Source of the DNA: Camelus dromedarius
Taxonomy: Eukaryota
Direction of reading: 5' to 3'
Assembly: GCF_036321535.1 (NCBI RefSeq)
Contig: NC_087436.1
Coordinates: forward strand, 115,756,001 to 115,820,000
Length of the DNA: 64,000 nucleotides
Shown: one piece after another, positions 63,977 through 64,000 of the stretch
How the letters are laid out: each line of letters begins with the position of its first letter
Numbering within the stretch: the first letter of the stretch is position 1
Translations under genes and position numbers: made by a program
Notes under the pieces: model-generated
Told to the model about the DNA's origin: nothing
Seen by the model: the letters and a program-made list of their open reading frames with translations, nothing else
Databases searched by the model: none

Positions 63977-64000
63977 ATTCCCCTGTTCAAAACCATTAGG

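Overview
Mammalian, gene-poor (intergenic or intronic) DNA with no protein-coding, rRNA or tRNA gene that I can support. Every ORF with recognisable homology is a transposon remnant (L1 ORF1/ORF2, a decayed hAT transposase). The young L1 3' ends look cetartiodactyl, and I see no Alu, Bov-tA/BovB, PRE-1, CHR or CanSINE copies, so a camelid source is my best guess (inference). The window is a mosaic of old L1M/L2/MIR, MaLR LTRs, hAT fossils and about a dozen ERV-type LTRs, several with readable TSDs and some nested, concentrated at 28.6-31.9 kb and 53-64 kb. The most interesting object is a 332-bp TSD-flanked retrocopy at 18248-18579. It fuses an L1 5' end directly to an L1 3' end at a position preceded by AG in intact copies, making it a candidate spliced or bipartite non-autonomous L1. 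Other notable items are two twin-primed L1 insertions, a TSD-less doubly truncated L1, an inferred deletion scar at a (TA)n junction, a CpG-dense LTR core and several enhancer-like unique segments. Repeat family names come from recalled consensus resemblance, not a database search.
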